A stretch of 64,000 nt of DNA from a virus. Made by a program: the position numbers and the translations under genes. The stretch lies in IMG/VR virus record IMGVR_UViG_3300028571_000830, positions 52,918-116,917 of that record; one strand, given 5' to 3'. Of this stretch, positions 49,106 to 59,395 are shown in pieces. The notes beneath the pieces are model-generated. The model was not told the origin of the DNA. It saw only the letters and a list, made by a program, of their open reading frames with translations, and searched no databases. Position 1 is the first letter of the stretch. Each line of letters opens with the position of its first letter.

Positions 49106-49138
49106 AAGAGCCCTCACTAGAAATAGTGGGGGTTTTTT
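49106..49138 (+). terminator. Rho-independent terminator
   Basis: gccctcacta-gaaa-tagtgggggt followed by a T run. Confidence 0.75.
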
Positions 49139-49152
49139 ATTAAAATTAAATC

Positions 49153-50160
49153 ATGATACAAGGTGTTAGAAAAGCAAAAGAGATAACCATAAATGAAGTG
49201 TTATCAAAAATTAGTGAGTATGATATATTCATGTTTTATATGCCTAATAAAAATTGGAAGATTAACGAAGTTACTTATTCACCATTTAGAGAAGAACGCA
49301 ACCCATCGTTTATGATTGGTACAAAGAATGGATATTTATCATTCATTGACTTTGGAGACACTAGTAGAAGAGGAGGATGTTTTGATTTTGTACAGATGTT
49401 GTATTCACTTAGTTCTCTAAGAGATGTCCTACTTCTTATAGATAGAGACTTTGGGTTATGTATATCTGGAAAGACCAATGTAGGGAAGTATAAAAGAATA
49501 GTGAGTGATTATAAGCAACCTGAAGAACTTGGTAAGAGATATTCTCTAATACAAGTGGTCACCAGGAAATTCACCAATGAAGAATTAGCCTATTGGAATC
49601 AATATCATCAAGATGTAGATGACCTAAGAGTTAATAACATTTATTCCATCAAGAAAGTGTATCTAAACAAACAACTGTTTACATTAAAGGATACAGAATT
49701 GAGGTTTGGTTATTTCTATGATGGACATTGGAAGATATATAGGCCATTTGGAGATAAGAAATCTAAATGGGTTCCAAACAATGTTCCTATTACAGCTATG
49801 GATGGATTAGATGATATAAAGAATTGTGGTGTAGCCATAATTAATAAATCTAAGAAAGACTATATGGTAATGAAGAAAGTGTTTCCTACATGCTGTGCTG
49901 TACAAAATGAAGGAATGGGTTGTTTCTCTACAGAGAATGTAGATTATATCAAGAAGAACTCATTCTTACAAGTGTTATCATTTGATAGTGATGTTACAGG
50001 AGTGACTAATAGTCAACAAATTACTAAGGTGTTTGATTTTGATTATTGTAATGTACCTAAAGAATATCTAGCTGAAGGAATAAAGGATTGGTCTGATCTT
50101 GGTAAAACTTATGGACTAAAAGTGATTGAAGATTATTTAAAACTAAAAAAATTATTATGA
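49153..50160 (+). CDS. dnaG: DNA primase (DnaG-like, crAss type)
   Basis: SPFREERNPSF...FIDFG; TOPRIM KSKKD, FDSDVTG, KDWSD. Confidence 0.8.
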   Translation: MIQGVRKAKEITINEVLSKISEYDIFMFYMPNKNWKINEVTYSPFREERNPSFMIGTKNGYLSFIDFGDTSRRGGCFDFVQMLYSLSSLRDVLLLIDRDFGLCISGKTNVGKYKRIVSDYKQPEELGKRYSLIQVVTRKFTNEELAYWNQYHQDVDDLRVNNIYSIKKVYLNKQLFTLKDTELRFGYFYDGHWKIYRPFGDKKSKWVPNNVPITAMDGLDDIKNCGVAIINKSKKDYMVMKKVFPTCCAVQNEGMGCFSTENVDYIKKNSFLQVLSFDSDVTGVTNSQQITKVFDFDYCNVPKEYLAEGIKDWSDLGKTYGLKVIEDYLKLKKLL

Positions 50161-50315
50161 CAATTAAAGATTTAGTTGTAGAAATACAAATGAATACTGA
50201 ATGGCTAGAAACCACAGAAGGAGATGAAGTGGAATGCATCAGTATAGAAAACTTAGAAGGAATACTTAATAGAATATTTAACCAAAAATTAAACTTAACA
50301 CAAGATGGAAACTAA
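50157..50315 (+). CDS. 52-aa hypothetical protein
   Basis: MTIKDLVVEIQMNTEWLETTEGDEVECISIENLEGIL...; overlaps both neighbours. Confidence 0.45.
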   Translation: MTIKDLVVEIQMNTEWLETTEGDEVECISIENLEGILNRIFNQKLNLTQDGN

Positions 50316-51084
50316 AACTTATAATACAACAAAAGAGTTATTAATTAGTACACCTATTCCACAACAGACTCGCACTTATAAACCAGTGAGTCACAATCAA
50401 CTGATTGATCTTACATTGAATAGTATACACCAAGCAGGATTTAATCTAGATAAAGAATCTTATTCAGCTTCTTCTAATGGTGAAATTGCCAATGGTAAGT
50501 TTACAATAAGTAATGTGTATGATAAAGAAATGCAATTACAAATAGGCTGGCAGAATAGTTACAATAAACAATTAACATTAAAGTTTGCTATTGGAACTAA
50601 AATATTCATTTGTCAAAATGGTTGTGTATCTGGTGATCATGGTACATTCAAAAAGAAGCATGTTGGTGAAATACAAACATTTACACCTCAAGCTATAACA
50701 GAATATATTAAAGCTTCTGGTGAAATATTCCAAAGAATGCAAAAACAACGTGATAACATGAAGCAAATTGAATTAACCAAACGTAAACAAGCTGAACTTG
50801 TTGGTAGGATGTTAATAGAAGAAGAGTTTATTGAGAGCACTCAGTTAAATATTATTGAGAAAGAGTTGAAAAGACCATCTCATGATTATGGTGCACAAAA
50901 TAGTATGTGGGAATTATACAATTACACCACTTATGCTATGAAAGAAGTGCATCCTAGATTATGGATGGATAATCACATTAGTGCTCATTCATTCTTTGTT
51001 AATGAATTAGGAGAATTAGTAGAACCATTAAATATCAAAAGAGATTTTATCAACTCACCACATTTACAATTAGCAATATTTTAA
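50305..51084 (+). CDS. DUF932-family protein
   Basis: YKPVSHNQLI, NSYNKQ, FICQNG, KKKH, SMWELYN. Confidence 0.75.
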   Translation: METKTYNTTKELLISTPIPQQTRTYKPVSHNQLIDLTLNSIHQAGFNLDKESYSASSNGEIANGKFTISNVYDKEMQLQIGWQNSYNKQLTLKFAIGTKIFICQNGCVSGDHGTFKKKHVGEIQTFTPQAITEYIKASGEIFQRMQKQRDNMKQIELTKRKQAELVGRMLIEEEFIESTQLNIIEKELKRPSHDYGAQNSMWELYNYTTYAMKEVHPRLWMDNHISAHSFFVNELGELVEPLNIKRDFINSPHLQLAIF

Positions 51085-51086
51085 TT

Positions 51087-51806
51087 ATGAACTTTGAAAA
51101 ATTTAAAAAATGTTTTCACGAAAGTTGGCATGATAAAATAAGACCATTTATTGAGAGTGAAGAATGTGATGGCATCTATAAGTTTTTAAAGCATGAAAGT
51201 GGGAGGGGTAAGAAAATTGCCCCTCTTTCAGATAATGTTTATAGATGTTTCTTAGAAACTCCTTTAGACACTCTTAAAGTGGTTATGCTAGGTATGTGTC
51301 CCTATCACACGCTAAGAAACGATAGTCCTGTAGCAGATGGACTACTTATGGGATGTTCCACCACTGGTTATGCACAACCCTCTTTACAGAAGTTTTATGA
51401 TGCTATAGAAGTGGATGTATATGGAGGAATATCATTAGAAGGATTTAAGAATCCAGATGTGACATTCTTAGCTAATCAGGGAGTGTTAATGCTTAATGCT
51501 GCTCTCACTACAGAGATAAATAAAGCTGGTAGTCATTCTGCTTTATGGCATCCATTCACAAAATATGTGTTTGAAAACATATTAAGCATTGAGAATGTTC
51601 CTACAATATTTCTTGGTAAAGATGCTAGTGCATTTGTAAAATATACAGCTCCTCTATCTTGGAACTTTGTATTGAGTCATCCTGCTAGTGCAGCTTATAA
51701 GAATACAGAATGGGATACAGAAGGTGTATTTACAAAGGTGAATACATTATTAAAAGATTATAACAAAACAACAATAGAATGGCTTGATTTTGAGCCTCCA
51801 TTTTAA
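51087..51806 (+). CDS. ung: Uracil-DNA glycosylase, family 1-like with variant catalytic loop
   Basis: KVVMLGMCPYH, PSL, QGVLMLN, GSH..W, SHPAS. Confidence 0.8.
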   Translation: MNFEKFKKCFHESWHDKIRPFIESEECDGIYKFLKHESGRGKKIAPLSDNVYRCFLETPLDTLKVVMLGMCPYHTLRNDSPVADGLLMGCSTTGYAQPSLQKFYDAIEVDVYGGISLEGFKNPDVTFLANQGVLMLNAALTTEINKAGSHSALWHPFTKYVFENILSIENVPTIFLGKDASAFVKYTAPLSWNFVLSHPASAAYKNTEWDTEGVFTKVNTLLKDYNKTTIEWLDFEPPF

Positions 51807-51818
51807 ACAATTACAATT

Positions 51819-52007
51819 ATGCAAACAATAGAACAATTACAAAAATATGTCCAGGAGAAGATTAAATTACATCCTGAATTAAAATCAGAAATTATAAGTG
51901 TGTTTCAATTATGTCTAGATGAGATTGAAGAAGGTGGGAGTAGGCAGCATGAGATAGATTTATGTATCACTGATATTGAACAAACAATTAATGAATCATT
52001 AGAATAA
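51819..52007 (+). CDS. Hypothetical protein
   Basis: 62-aa ORF. Confidence 0.55.
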   Translation: MQTIEQLQKYVQEKIKLHPELKSEIISVFQLCLDEIEEGGSRQHEIDLCITDIEQTINESLE

Positions 52008-52015
52008 AAGATATT

Positions 52016-52330
52016 ATGAAAATAGTAGAAATACAAGAATTAGAGGTGGGAGATGAGGTGGTCATCTCTTGCCAGAGTTATTTTAAGTATTTGAGAATAC
52101 TTAGAAAGCCAACAGTTAGTAAAAAAACACATTGGAAGACAGGGGTTCCTATTTATAAATCTGTAAAATGTTCAACACTAAGAATCTCCACTCCTAGACA
52201 GTATACAGATTATCATGGAAATGTAGTAACTTATAATAAGCACACATGGGGATGGGGACCAGACAATCACAACTACAATCAATATGTGGATTTAGAATAC
52301 AGACAAGTAATATTAGTGGAAAAACAATGA
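52016..52330 (+). CDS. Hypothetical protein (tandem paralog 1)
   Basis: LEVGDEVVI...YLRILRKPT...YKSVKC. Confidence 0.6.
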   Translation: MKIVEIQELEVGDEVVISCQSYFKYLRILRKPTVSKKTHWKTGVPIYKSVKCSTLRISTPRQYTDYHGNVVTYNKHTWGWGPDNHNYNQYVDLEYRQVILVEKQ

Positions 52331-52596
52331 TTAATATGGAACAAAATAGATCAATTAAAGTGGAACATCTTCAAGTTGGAGATGAAGTTATTGTAACAGG
52401 ACTAAGATATTTTAAAATATTAAGAGCTCCTACACTCAGAACAACTCCAACACGAATATATGGATGTACTGGGTATAAAAGTGTTAAATGCTTAGATATG
52501 CAATTAAGTAAATTTGGAATAGGTGAAGATAGAGAAGTGTATTATGATTTTAACTATTCTAATATATGGTTAGTAAAAAGAGAAAATAACAATTAA
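52327..52596 (+). CDS. Hypothetical protein (tandem paralog 2)
   Basis: LQVGDEVIV...YFKILRAPT...YKSVKC; start reassigned to the ATG overlapping the previous stop. Confidence 0.6.
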   Translation: MINMEQNRSIKVEHLQVGDEVIVTGLRYFKILRAPTLRTTPTRIYGCTGYKSVKCLDMQLSKFGIGEDREVYYDFNYSNIWLVKRENNN

Positions 52597-52608
52597 AACT
52601 TAGAAATT

Positions 52609-55600
52609 ATGATTTTAGAAAAACAAAAAGAAGCAAATATACTAGTGGATGGTATATCAAAAAGTTCAATTGGGATGTCATTAGACTTAGATTCTGCACA
52701 AATCTTGATGCAGATGTTAAGTAAGAATCTTTATTCAGATTCAATAGGTTCTACTATCAGAGAATGTGCAAGTAATGCATTAGATAGTCACAGAAGAGCT
52801 GGTGTTGACAAACCAATTGTTATTTCTTTTAAGAGAAATGATTCATCCAATTATGAATTCTCTGTTGAGGATTTTGGTATAGGACTAGATGCTGAAGATG
52901 TAGAAAACATCATTAGTAAGTATGGTAAGAGTACTAAACGAAATAGTAATACAGAACTGGGTATGATGGGTCAACAAAACTAGGCCCGCCACAAAAGTAA
53001 TTTTGTGGATAAACAATTGGATGAATTTTTGGAAATCTAAATTAAATTATTAACTTTGTAACCTAAACATAATATGCCATGGGTTATAAATACAAAGTTA
53101 ATCATGATTATTTCAATATAATTGACACAGAATACAAATCTTATATATTAGGATTTATATATGCAGATGGTTGTATATCACAACCTCCTGGTAATAGACA
53201 ATTGAACTTCAGAATTGGAGTTCAAGAAGAAGATGGATGGATTCTTACAAATTTATCTATACAGGCTGCAGGAGGACAAAAGTACATTGTGCAAACTCCT
53301 TCAAGTATTAAAAAGGGGTATAAACCTCAACACTGTGTTAATATAGCATCAAATCAAATAGGCAACTCTTTGATTAATTTAGGGTGTAACATCAATAAAA
53401 GTAAACTGGGAATGAATTTTCCTAAACTTGAAAAACATTTAATTCCTCATTTTATTAGAGGATTTTTAGATGGTGATGGAAGTATAATATTGAAAAAGTT
53501 ACAATATAAATATATTAGAAAAACTACTTATAAGTTACCTACTCCACATAAACAACAATATAAACTTATACTAGCTTTTTGCTCAACTGATAAAGAATTT
53601 TTATTAGAAATAGCAAAATGTTTAAATATAAGTAAACCTTATATAGCTGAAAAAGTTAGAAAACAGGTTAATTATATATTGTGGATAGAAAAAAAACAAG
53701 AAGTTTTAGATAGTGTAAATTATTTGTATAGTGATGCTACTTATTTTCTTAAAAGAAAGTATGATAAAGTAGTAGAATTTAACAAGACAATCAAAAGCGA
53801 AGCTACAGATACATCTGTAGAACGTTTAGAGACTACCTGAGCAATATAGTTTGCTTAATAACAGGAAGTAGTATGGATTAGTAATCATATGAAAAAGCGT
53901 CCAACCCCTATTTATAGGGTGATGATATAGTCCGACACTCTAGGAAACTAGAGATTAACAGAACCGCTAGGTTTTAAAGCCCCCCTTGCCTACAGTTCTA
54001 GTTTCTATTTTGTATGTAGAAAGAATGGAATGGAACGTAAGTACATGATGTATGAAGGAGAAGATGTAAACACAATTGATCTATTGTATGAAGTGGCTAC
54101 TGACATGGTTAATGGGGTGAAGATTATTATTCCTGTTAAATATTATGATAGAACAGCTTTTATTAATAAAAGTAGAGAACAGCTGGCTTATTTTGAGAAT
54201 GTGTATTTTGATTTTATGGATGAAGAAATCAAGAATGATTTTGTCATCTTTAGAGGAGAGCATTTTCAGTTCTCAGAACTGGCAGAGGATAATAGAATTC
54301 ATATATGTTTAGACAATGTTTATTATCCAATAGATTTTGAAAAGATTGGTATTAAAGATCCCTTACATTTTCCAATAGCTTTAAGAATTTCTCTCACTGA
54401 TGGGTTATATCCTACGCCTAATAGAGAAGCATTGAGATATACCCAGGAAGGTAAACAAATCATTCTTGATAAAATTAAACTTGTAGCAGATTATTTTGTA
54501 AATAAGTATAATGAGTCAAATGATGATGATGGTCTTCAAAGTATAATGGATTATTTATCTAGTAAAAATAGATATATGGTTTCTTTCAATAAGAAATATA
54601 ATCTTAATGAATTAGTACCATTTTCTAAAAGTGTTATCAAAACTCCAAAGATTAAAGGTGTTGAAAAACTAAATTTAGGAAACATTTGGACAAATAATAC
54701 TTATTGGTTAGGTGAGTATGATACGAAGATGAGAATTCAACATGGTAAATCAATGAGTCTTGATAATAGAAATTGTTATGAATGGGATCCAAAAGACTTG
54801 TGTAATATTAAAGTGTATTTTTATAGTGGTGCTAAACTACCAGGTATTAAAAAGGATTATATTAAATCTATAACATCTAAGGATAAATGTTTGATTGTAA
54901 GAAAGCATAAAACTTTTAAACTTGATCGTTATAGAAAAGATGGTGGATGGATTCTTAGTTATTACAAAATTCTTGATTTAGAAAATCATCCTGTAAGTGA
55001 ATGGCGACAATTGATTAAAGAATTCCAACATATCATCTCTTTATTAACTAAAGATTTTATTGATCTGGATAAATTAGTTATTCCTCAAACATTTATTGAT
55101 GCTAGGAAGAAAATTAAACCTCAAGTGTTTCTTGATAATGGTCAAGTTGCTAGTAGAAAGGTGAAACTTGTTGGTGAGATTGTGGGTAAGCAGGCTGTGA
55201 ATCTTTTAAGATATGTTGATGGAAAGAATTGTAAATGGGAGAGCACAACATATAAGCTTGAAAGTTTATACAAAACACCTCTATTAACTGTTTATGGGTT
55301 GGAAGGTGATATTGAAGTGATGGATAAGCTCTATCATATAATATCTGGTAAGTATATTAGATTTGTGTATTTTTCTAGTAGAGAAATTGAAAATGTGAAG
55401 AAGCTTAATTTACACAATTGGATGTCTTTTGATGAGTTTATGAAGGGTGAGAACAAAGTGTTTAAGAGAACTGTTACAGCTTATTTAATTAAAAAGCTTA
55501 GAGATGATAACAAAGCTACGTTTGATAGAATTGGTAGTTTAGAAAATGTTAATTTCTCATTTTATAAAAAACTCACTAGTATAGATTCTTACAGAAGTGA

Positions 55601-55886
55601 TTGGTATTCAGAAAATGTAAATGATCCTAGTGGTTTTGACATTATGTTAAAAATAACAGAAGAGAAAAAATTATTTGATACAACTATTTATCAAACCCAT
55701 CTTGATGTAAAGAGTGTGTTAGAACGTCTACCATTTATTAATTATTTACTTAGTAGATCAGAGTGGTATAGAAGTGAAATGATGTCTTACATAAAAGATC
55801 TTTGTAAATATCATAAATTCAGAATGGATTACAAGAATTACAAACACAATGTTGTAGAAGAATTATCTAAAGAAGAAGAAGATTAA
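52609..55886 (+). CDS. rIIA: rIIA-like GHKL (Hsp90-type) ATPase, spliced join(52609..52971,53967..55886), 760 aa
   Basis: LYSD..IRECASNALDSH, DFGIG, YGKSTK; spliced G2 box GMMG|LGFKAPLAY; PTPNREAL; followed by rIIB. Confidence 0.8.
53028..53058 (+). promoter_or_regulatory. Intron-internal Bacteroidota promoter for the homing endonuclease
   Basis: TTTG-N19-TAACTTTG, 20 nt before ATG 53079. Confidence 0.6.
53079..53840 (+). CDS. Intron-encoded double-motif LAGLIDADG homing endonuclease
   Basis: YILGFIYADGCI and FIRGFLDGDGSI; C-terminus ERLETT overlaps the intron core. Confidence 0.9.
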   Translation: MGYKYKVNHDYFNIIDTEYKSYILGFIYADGCISQPPGNRQLNFRIGVQEEDGWILTNLSIQAAGGQKYIVQTPSSIKKGYKPQHCVNIASNQIGNSLINLGCNINKSKLGMNFPKLEKHLIPHFIRGFLDGDGSIILKKLQYKYIRKTTYKLPTPHKQQYKLILAFCSTDKEFLLEIAKCLNISKPYIAEKVRKQVNYILWIEKKQEVLDSVNYLYSDATYFLKRKYDKVVEFNKTIKSEATDTSVERLETT

Positions 55887-55893
55887 ACTAACT

Positions 55894-55922
55894 GGAGGGG
55901 ACAAGGCGTCTCCTCCTTATTT
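55894..55922 (+). terminator. Hairpin/terminator between rIIA and rIIB
   Basis: ggaggggac-aaggc-gtctcctcc-ttattt. Confidence 0.5.
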
Positions 55923-55964
55923 AAAAACAACAAAACAATAAAACAATTTAAAACAATTTAAAAC

Positions 55965-57503
55965 ATGGGACAATTTAGTTTAAGCTGGTTCAAATCCAGT
56001 CAACAAAAAGAACTTGAACAATTACAAGTGGAAGAACAAAGAATTAAGAATGATTTGTTACGTAAAGAATTATTTACAGCAACAGCTCCAGTATATGAGC
56101 CTGCTAAAACTAATTCTACAGCTGATGTTATTACAACATGTAAGCCTTATTTGAATGTAAAGCTAGTTAATGACGTTCTAACTATTGTATTGAACGATGG
56201 TTCAATTATTAGTAAACCCAATGCAACATCAGAAGATTTTAACAGAGTGAGAATATCTACCTGTGAAGATCAGTTATTCACTATTGTAGGTTCTGCAGAG
56301 ATTGTAGAGGAAAAACGTAAGAGAGAAGAAGAATTAGAACGTTTGAGAAATATTAAAGCTGGAATTAGTAAATTAGCTGAGTTGGATGATTTCACAATAG
56401 ATGGTGATTCTGTATATCTTAAAGGAATTAAAAGATCATTACCACAATTAATGGTGGAAGAGTTTCTTACTATTCTTGGTAGATATAAGAATGCTCCATC
56501 TGAAGACATTCAGGATGCTATTAATGAAGATGAGCAGTTTCAATCATTGAAACGTTTCTTCATGTGGTGCTGCTTAAATCCAAGAGCTGAAGTGGCTCAT
56601 GAGTTATATCGCTTCTTACAAGAGAATAGCTTTAGAATTACTAAACAAGGATTCTTTGTAGCTCTTCGTAATGTTGTTACATTACATGGATCTAATGAGC
56701 TTGTACAATTTGTAAGCAACACTTATAATAAAGTGAAAGCTGTGTGGAAGAAATCTCCAGATAATTATCATGTATTTCTTGAGAATGGTGAATACAAACT
56801 TGTACATCTTGATGACATCTATGAAGAAGTTACTGAAGAATGTGATCTTTGTGAAGGAACAGGTGACTTTTATGATGATGAACATGAATCTCTTTACAAT
56901 TGTTATGAGTGTGATGGAACAGGTGATATCAATGGGTATGTTAATAAACAACAAGGTGAAGATCTTGGTACATTAACATCATTATATCTTGATCTTCCTA
57001 ATAGAGCAGAGAATAGATTTACAGATGATTGGACCAAAACATTTGATATTCGTATTGGTAAACCTGTAACTATGCCTATGGATAAATGTAACTGGAGTAC
57101 ACAAGATTGTGCAGCTGCAGGACTTCATTTTACAAGTGATCAAATTCACTATGTAGGTTGTGGTGATCAGTCTGTTCTTGTACTTATTAATCCAATGAAA
57201 GTGGTGGGTATTGGTGAGCATAAAGGTAGATGTTATGAATATCTTCCAATTATGACTGTTCCTCGTGAGGAAGCAACATCAATTCTTCATGATTTGGATT
57301 TTGACACTCTTGCTTTAGATGAACATTATGTAGTGAGTGAGTTAGAAAACTTAAATGAGACAGTTCAAAGTAATTTTGCTGCTGAAACTCAGAAGTATAA
57401 CTTTAACTTACCACACATCTCAAGTGCAGAGATTAATAGAATCATCATGTCATTAGATGATATGAAAGATGCTTTGTCTGGTAGAATAAGTGAAATAGAT
57501 TAA
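55965..57503 (+). CDS. rIIB: rIIB-like protein with a DnaJ-type Zn-finger insert
   Basis: NPR...ELYRFL...ITKQGFFVALR, RIGKPVTMP, CAAAGLH, LINP; CDLCEGTG and CYECDGTG. Confidence 0.7.
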   Translation: MGQFSLSWFKSSQQKELEQLQVEEQRIKNDLLRKELFTATAPVYEPAKTNSTADVITTCKPYLNVKLVNDVLTIVLNDGSIISKPNATSEDFNRVRISTCEDQLFTIVGSAEIVEEKRKREEELERLRNIKAGISKLAELDDFTIDGDSVYLKGIKRSLPQLMVEEFLTILGRYKNAPSEDIQDAINEDEQFQSLKRFFMWCCLNPRAEVAHELYRFLQENSFRITKQGFFVALRNVVTLHGSNELVQFVSNTYNKVKAVWKKSPDNYHVFLENGEYKLVHLDDIYEEVTEECDLCEGTGDFYDDEHESLYNCYECDGTGDINGYVNKQQGEDLGTLTSLYLDLPNRAENRFTDDWTKTFDIRIGKPVTMPMDKCNWSTQDCAAAGLHFTSDQIHYVGCGDQSVLVLINPMKVVGIGEHKGRCYEYLPIMTVPREEATSILHDLDFDTLALDEHYVVSELENLNETVQSNFAAETQKYNFNLPHISSAEINRIIMSLDDMKDALSGRISEID

Positions 57504-57509
57504 TTAAAT

Positions 57510-57542
57510 TTGGTCCCAGATATGAATAATATTTGGGACCAA
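57510..57542. terminator. Inverted repeat/putative terminator
   Basis: ttggtcccagatat-gaata-atatttgggaccaa. Confidence 0.55.
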
Positions 57543-57555
57543 TTAATTTAAAACT

Positions 57556-57957
57556 ATGGCAAAGGCAAAAACTATTAAGAGAACAAGTAGGACAAAACTT
57601 CCTAGAGAGAGAAATGCAGGAACTATGACAAACGCTATGTTCTGGTCTTTTATTAGAAGTGCGTTAAGAAATAAGTCTAGATGGTGGAAACCCATCACTC
57701 AATGTAGAATGGCATCTAGAAGAGCTTACAAAGGAACTAATAAACGACAGAAGTTTGAATATCAATGTAATCAATGTAAGAATTGGTTCCCTGATAAACA
57801 AATAGCTGTTGATCATACATATCCTGTTGGAAGCTTAAATAATGGTGATGATCTCAAAGGATTTGTAGAAAGACTCTTTTGTGAAGTGAAGGATTTGCAA
57901 GTGCTATGTGATGGTTGTCATGATGTTAAAACAAAATTAGAAAAAACTAAAAAATAA
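57556..57957 (+). CDS. HNH nuclease
   Basis: CNQC...VDHTYPVG...LQVLCDGCHDVKT. Confidence 0.8.
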   Translation: MAKAKTIKRTSRTKLPRERNAGTMTNAMFWSFIRSALRNKSRWWKPITQCRMASRRAYKGTNKRQKFEYQCNQCKNWFPDKQIAVDHTYPVGSLNNGDDLKGFVERLFCEVKDLQVLCDGCHDVKTKLEKTKK

Positions 57958-57962
57958 AAATT

Positions 57963-58322
57963 ATGGTACGTTATTATACAGGAGATATTGAAGGCAAATT
58001 TTGGTTTGCTATTCAATCAAGTAATGCAGCAGATAGATTTGGTGTAACAGGAAGTGAACCAAGTTATCTAGAATATTGGTTTGGAGAAGATGATTTAGAA
58101 GAAGTTGAGAAAGAGATAAAGAATATTGAAGAATCTTTAGGAGATAGGTTTAAGATCATTGAAGATTTCTTTGAAAAGAACAAAGGTTATACTGAAATAA
58201 TGTTAGATCAAGTGAAGATTACTAGAGAAGAACTGTCAGAATATGCTGATCTTGAATTAGGAATAAAAATAAGAGATCATATTAAAGAATTTGGTAATTG
58301 TTCTTTTCAAGCAGAACTATGA
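57963..58322 (+). CDS. Conserved hypothetical phage protein
   Basis: RYYTGDIEGKFWFAIQSSNAADRFG. Confidence 0.65.
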   Translation: MVRYYTGDIEGKFWFAIQSSNAADRFGVTGSEPSYLEYWFGEDDLEEVEKEIKNIEESLGDRFKIIEDFFEKNKGYTEIMLDQVKITREELSEYADLELGIKIRDHIKEFGNCSFQAEL

Positions 58323-58416
58323 TGTCTTTATTTCAATATTGTAATAAATGTAAATGTAACAGGAACTTTAATCCTGTTACATTATTTTGTTTAAAATGTA
58401 AATCAAAAAATAAATT

Positions 58417-58665
58417 ATGAGAAGAATAATTAAAAAGCTAGAAAGAAATCTAGCAGAGGTGCGAGACTACGATGTTAAGAAATGCATTAGTCTTGGTGAG
58501 AAGTTTGAAATAGTATTTGATAAAACTAATGATATGATGACACTAACACCAGAACAATTGGTATCTAGACGTAAAGCGGTGGGAGGACCATTTCCTAGTA
58601 AGTTTGATAATAAAACATACATGCTATATGGATATATGTGGAACCCTGATGAAGTAGAACTATAA
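58417..58665 (+). CDS. Hypothetical protein
   Basis: 82-aa ORF. Confidence 0.55.
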   Translation: MRRIIKKLERNLAEVRDYDVKKCISLGEKFEIVFDKTNDMMTLTPEQLVSRRKAVGGPFPSKFDNKTYMLYGYMWNPDEVEL

Positions 58666-59129
58666 TGAATATGGAAAATAAATATTTCACTCCAGATATA
58701 GAAGATGTATATATTGGATATGAACATGAAACATACTCTATAGGTTTACAAATGATTAATGGTAGATTTTTACCTGATAATGAAAGAGACGATGAGTTAA
58801 AATGGAGACCAAGAATTATTAAATGTGGTTCAGATATACTAAACTTAGAAGCTAGCAGTTATCCAAATGAAGATGAGCCTTATAAAGCATTTAAAACATT
58901 ATGGAAAGACTACATTAGAGTTCCCTATCTCACTAAAGAGCAAATAGAAGCTGAAGGATGGAAACATTCTGAAAAAGATTGTTTTGATTATAATGATAGA
59001 TGGATGTGTTCTTGGTATCCTGAACATAATAGAATGGAATTTTGTGATGATGAGAACGAAAATAATTTTGCAGGAGAATGCAAAGACATTAATACATTTA
59101 GAAAAATAACTAAACTATTAGGAATATGA
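58665..59129 (+). CDS. Hypothetical protein
   Basis: 154-aa ORF. Confidence 0.6.
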   Translation: MNMENKYFTPDIEDVYIGYEHETYSIGLQMINGRFLPDNERDDELKWRPRIIKCGSDILNLEASSYPNEDEPYKAFKTLWKDYIRVPYLTKEQIEAEGWKHSEKDCFDYNDRWMCSWYPEHNRMEFCDDENENNFAGECKDINTFRKITKLLGI

Positions 59130-59395
59130 GTGAAAAAAATCAAAATAGGATAGAGATAAACAAGGATTTATCTTTTGTCGAAGAGTGGAGAGAAGGAAAG
59201 GTCTTTCATGAAGGGAAAGAACATCTCTTCTGGTTAATACATCCTAAAGGAGTGGATATAAATGGGAATGAATACGAAATAGATGTTCGTTGGTTCTTTG
59301 CCAGGGTTCCTAGAGAAGTGAGAAGTTTAATACCACAAATAATTGACGCTTTTAAAACTAAAGCACAAGACAATGAGAACAATAATTCACGTTAA
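59126..59395 (+). CDS. Hypothetical protein
   Basis: 89-aa ORF. Confidence 0.55.
   Translation: MSEKNQNRIEINKDLSFVEEWREGKVFHEGKEHLFWLIHPKGVDINGNEYEIDVRWFFARVPREVRSLIPQIIDAFKTKAQDNENNNSR

Larger units (their letters stand above)
52972..53966 (+). mobile_element. Group I intron (IA-like, 995 nt) in rIIA
   Basis: 5' exon gggT pairs with gccc; P10 ctag/ctag; P3 ttggatg/cgtccaa; Q aatcaaaag; R ttagagacta; S gatatagtc; terminal G at 53966; in-frame junction. Confidence 0.9.
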
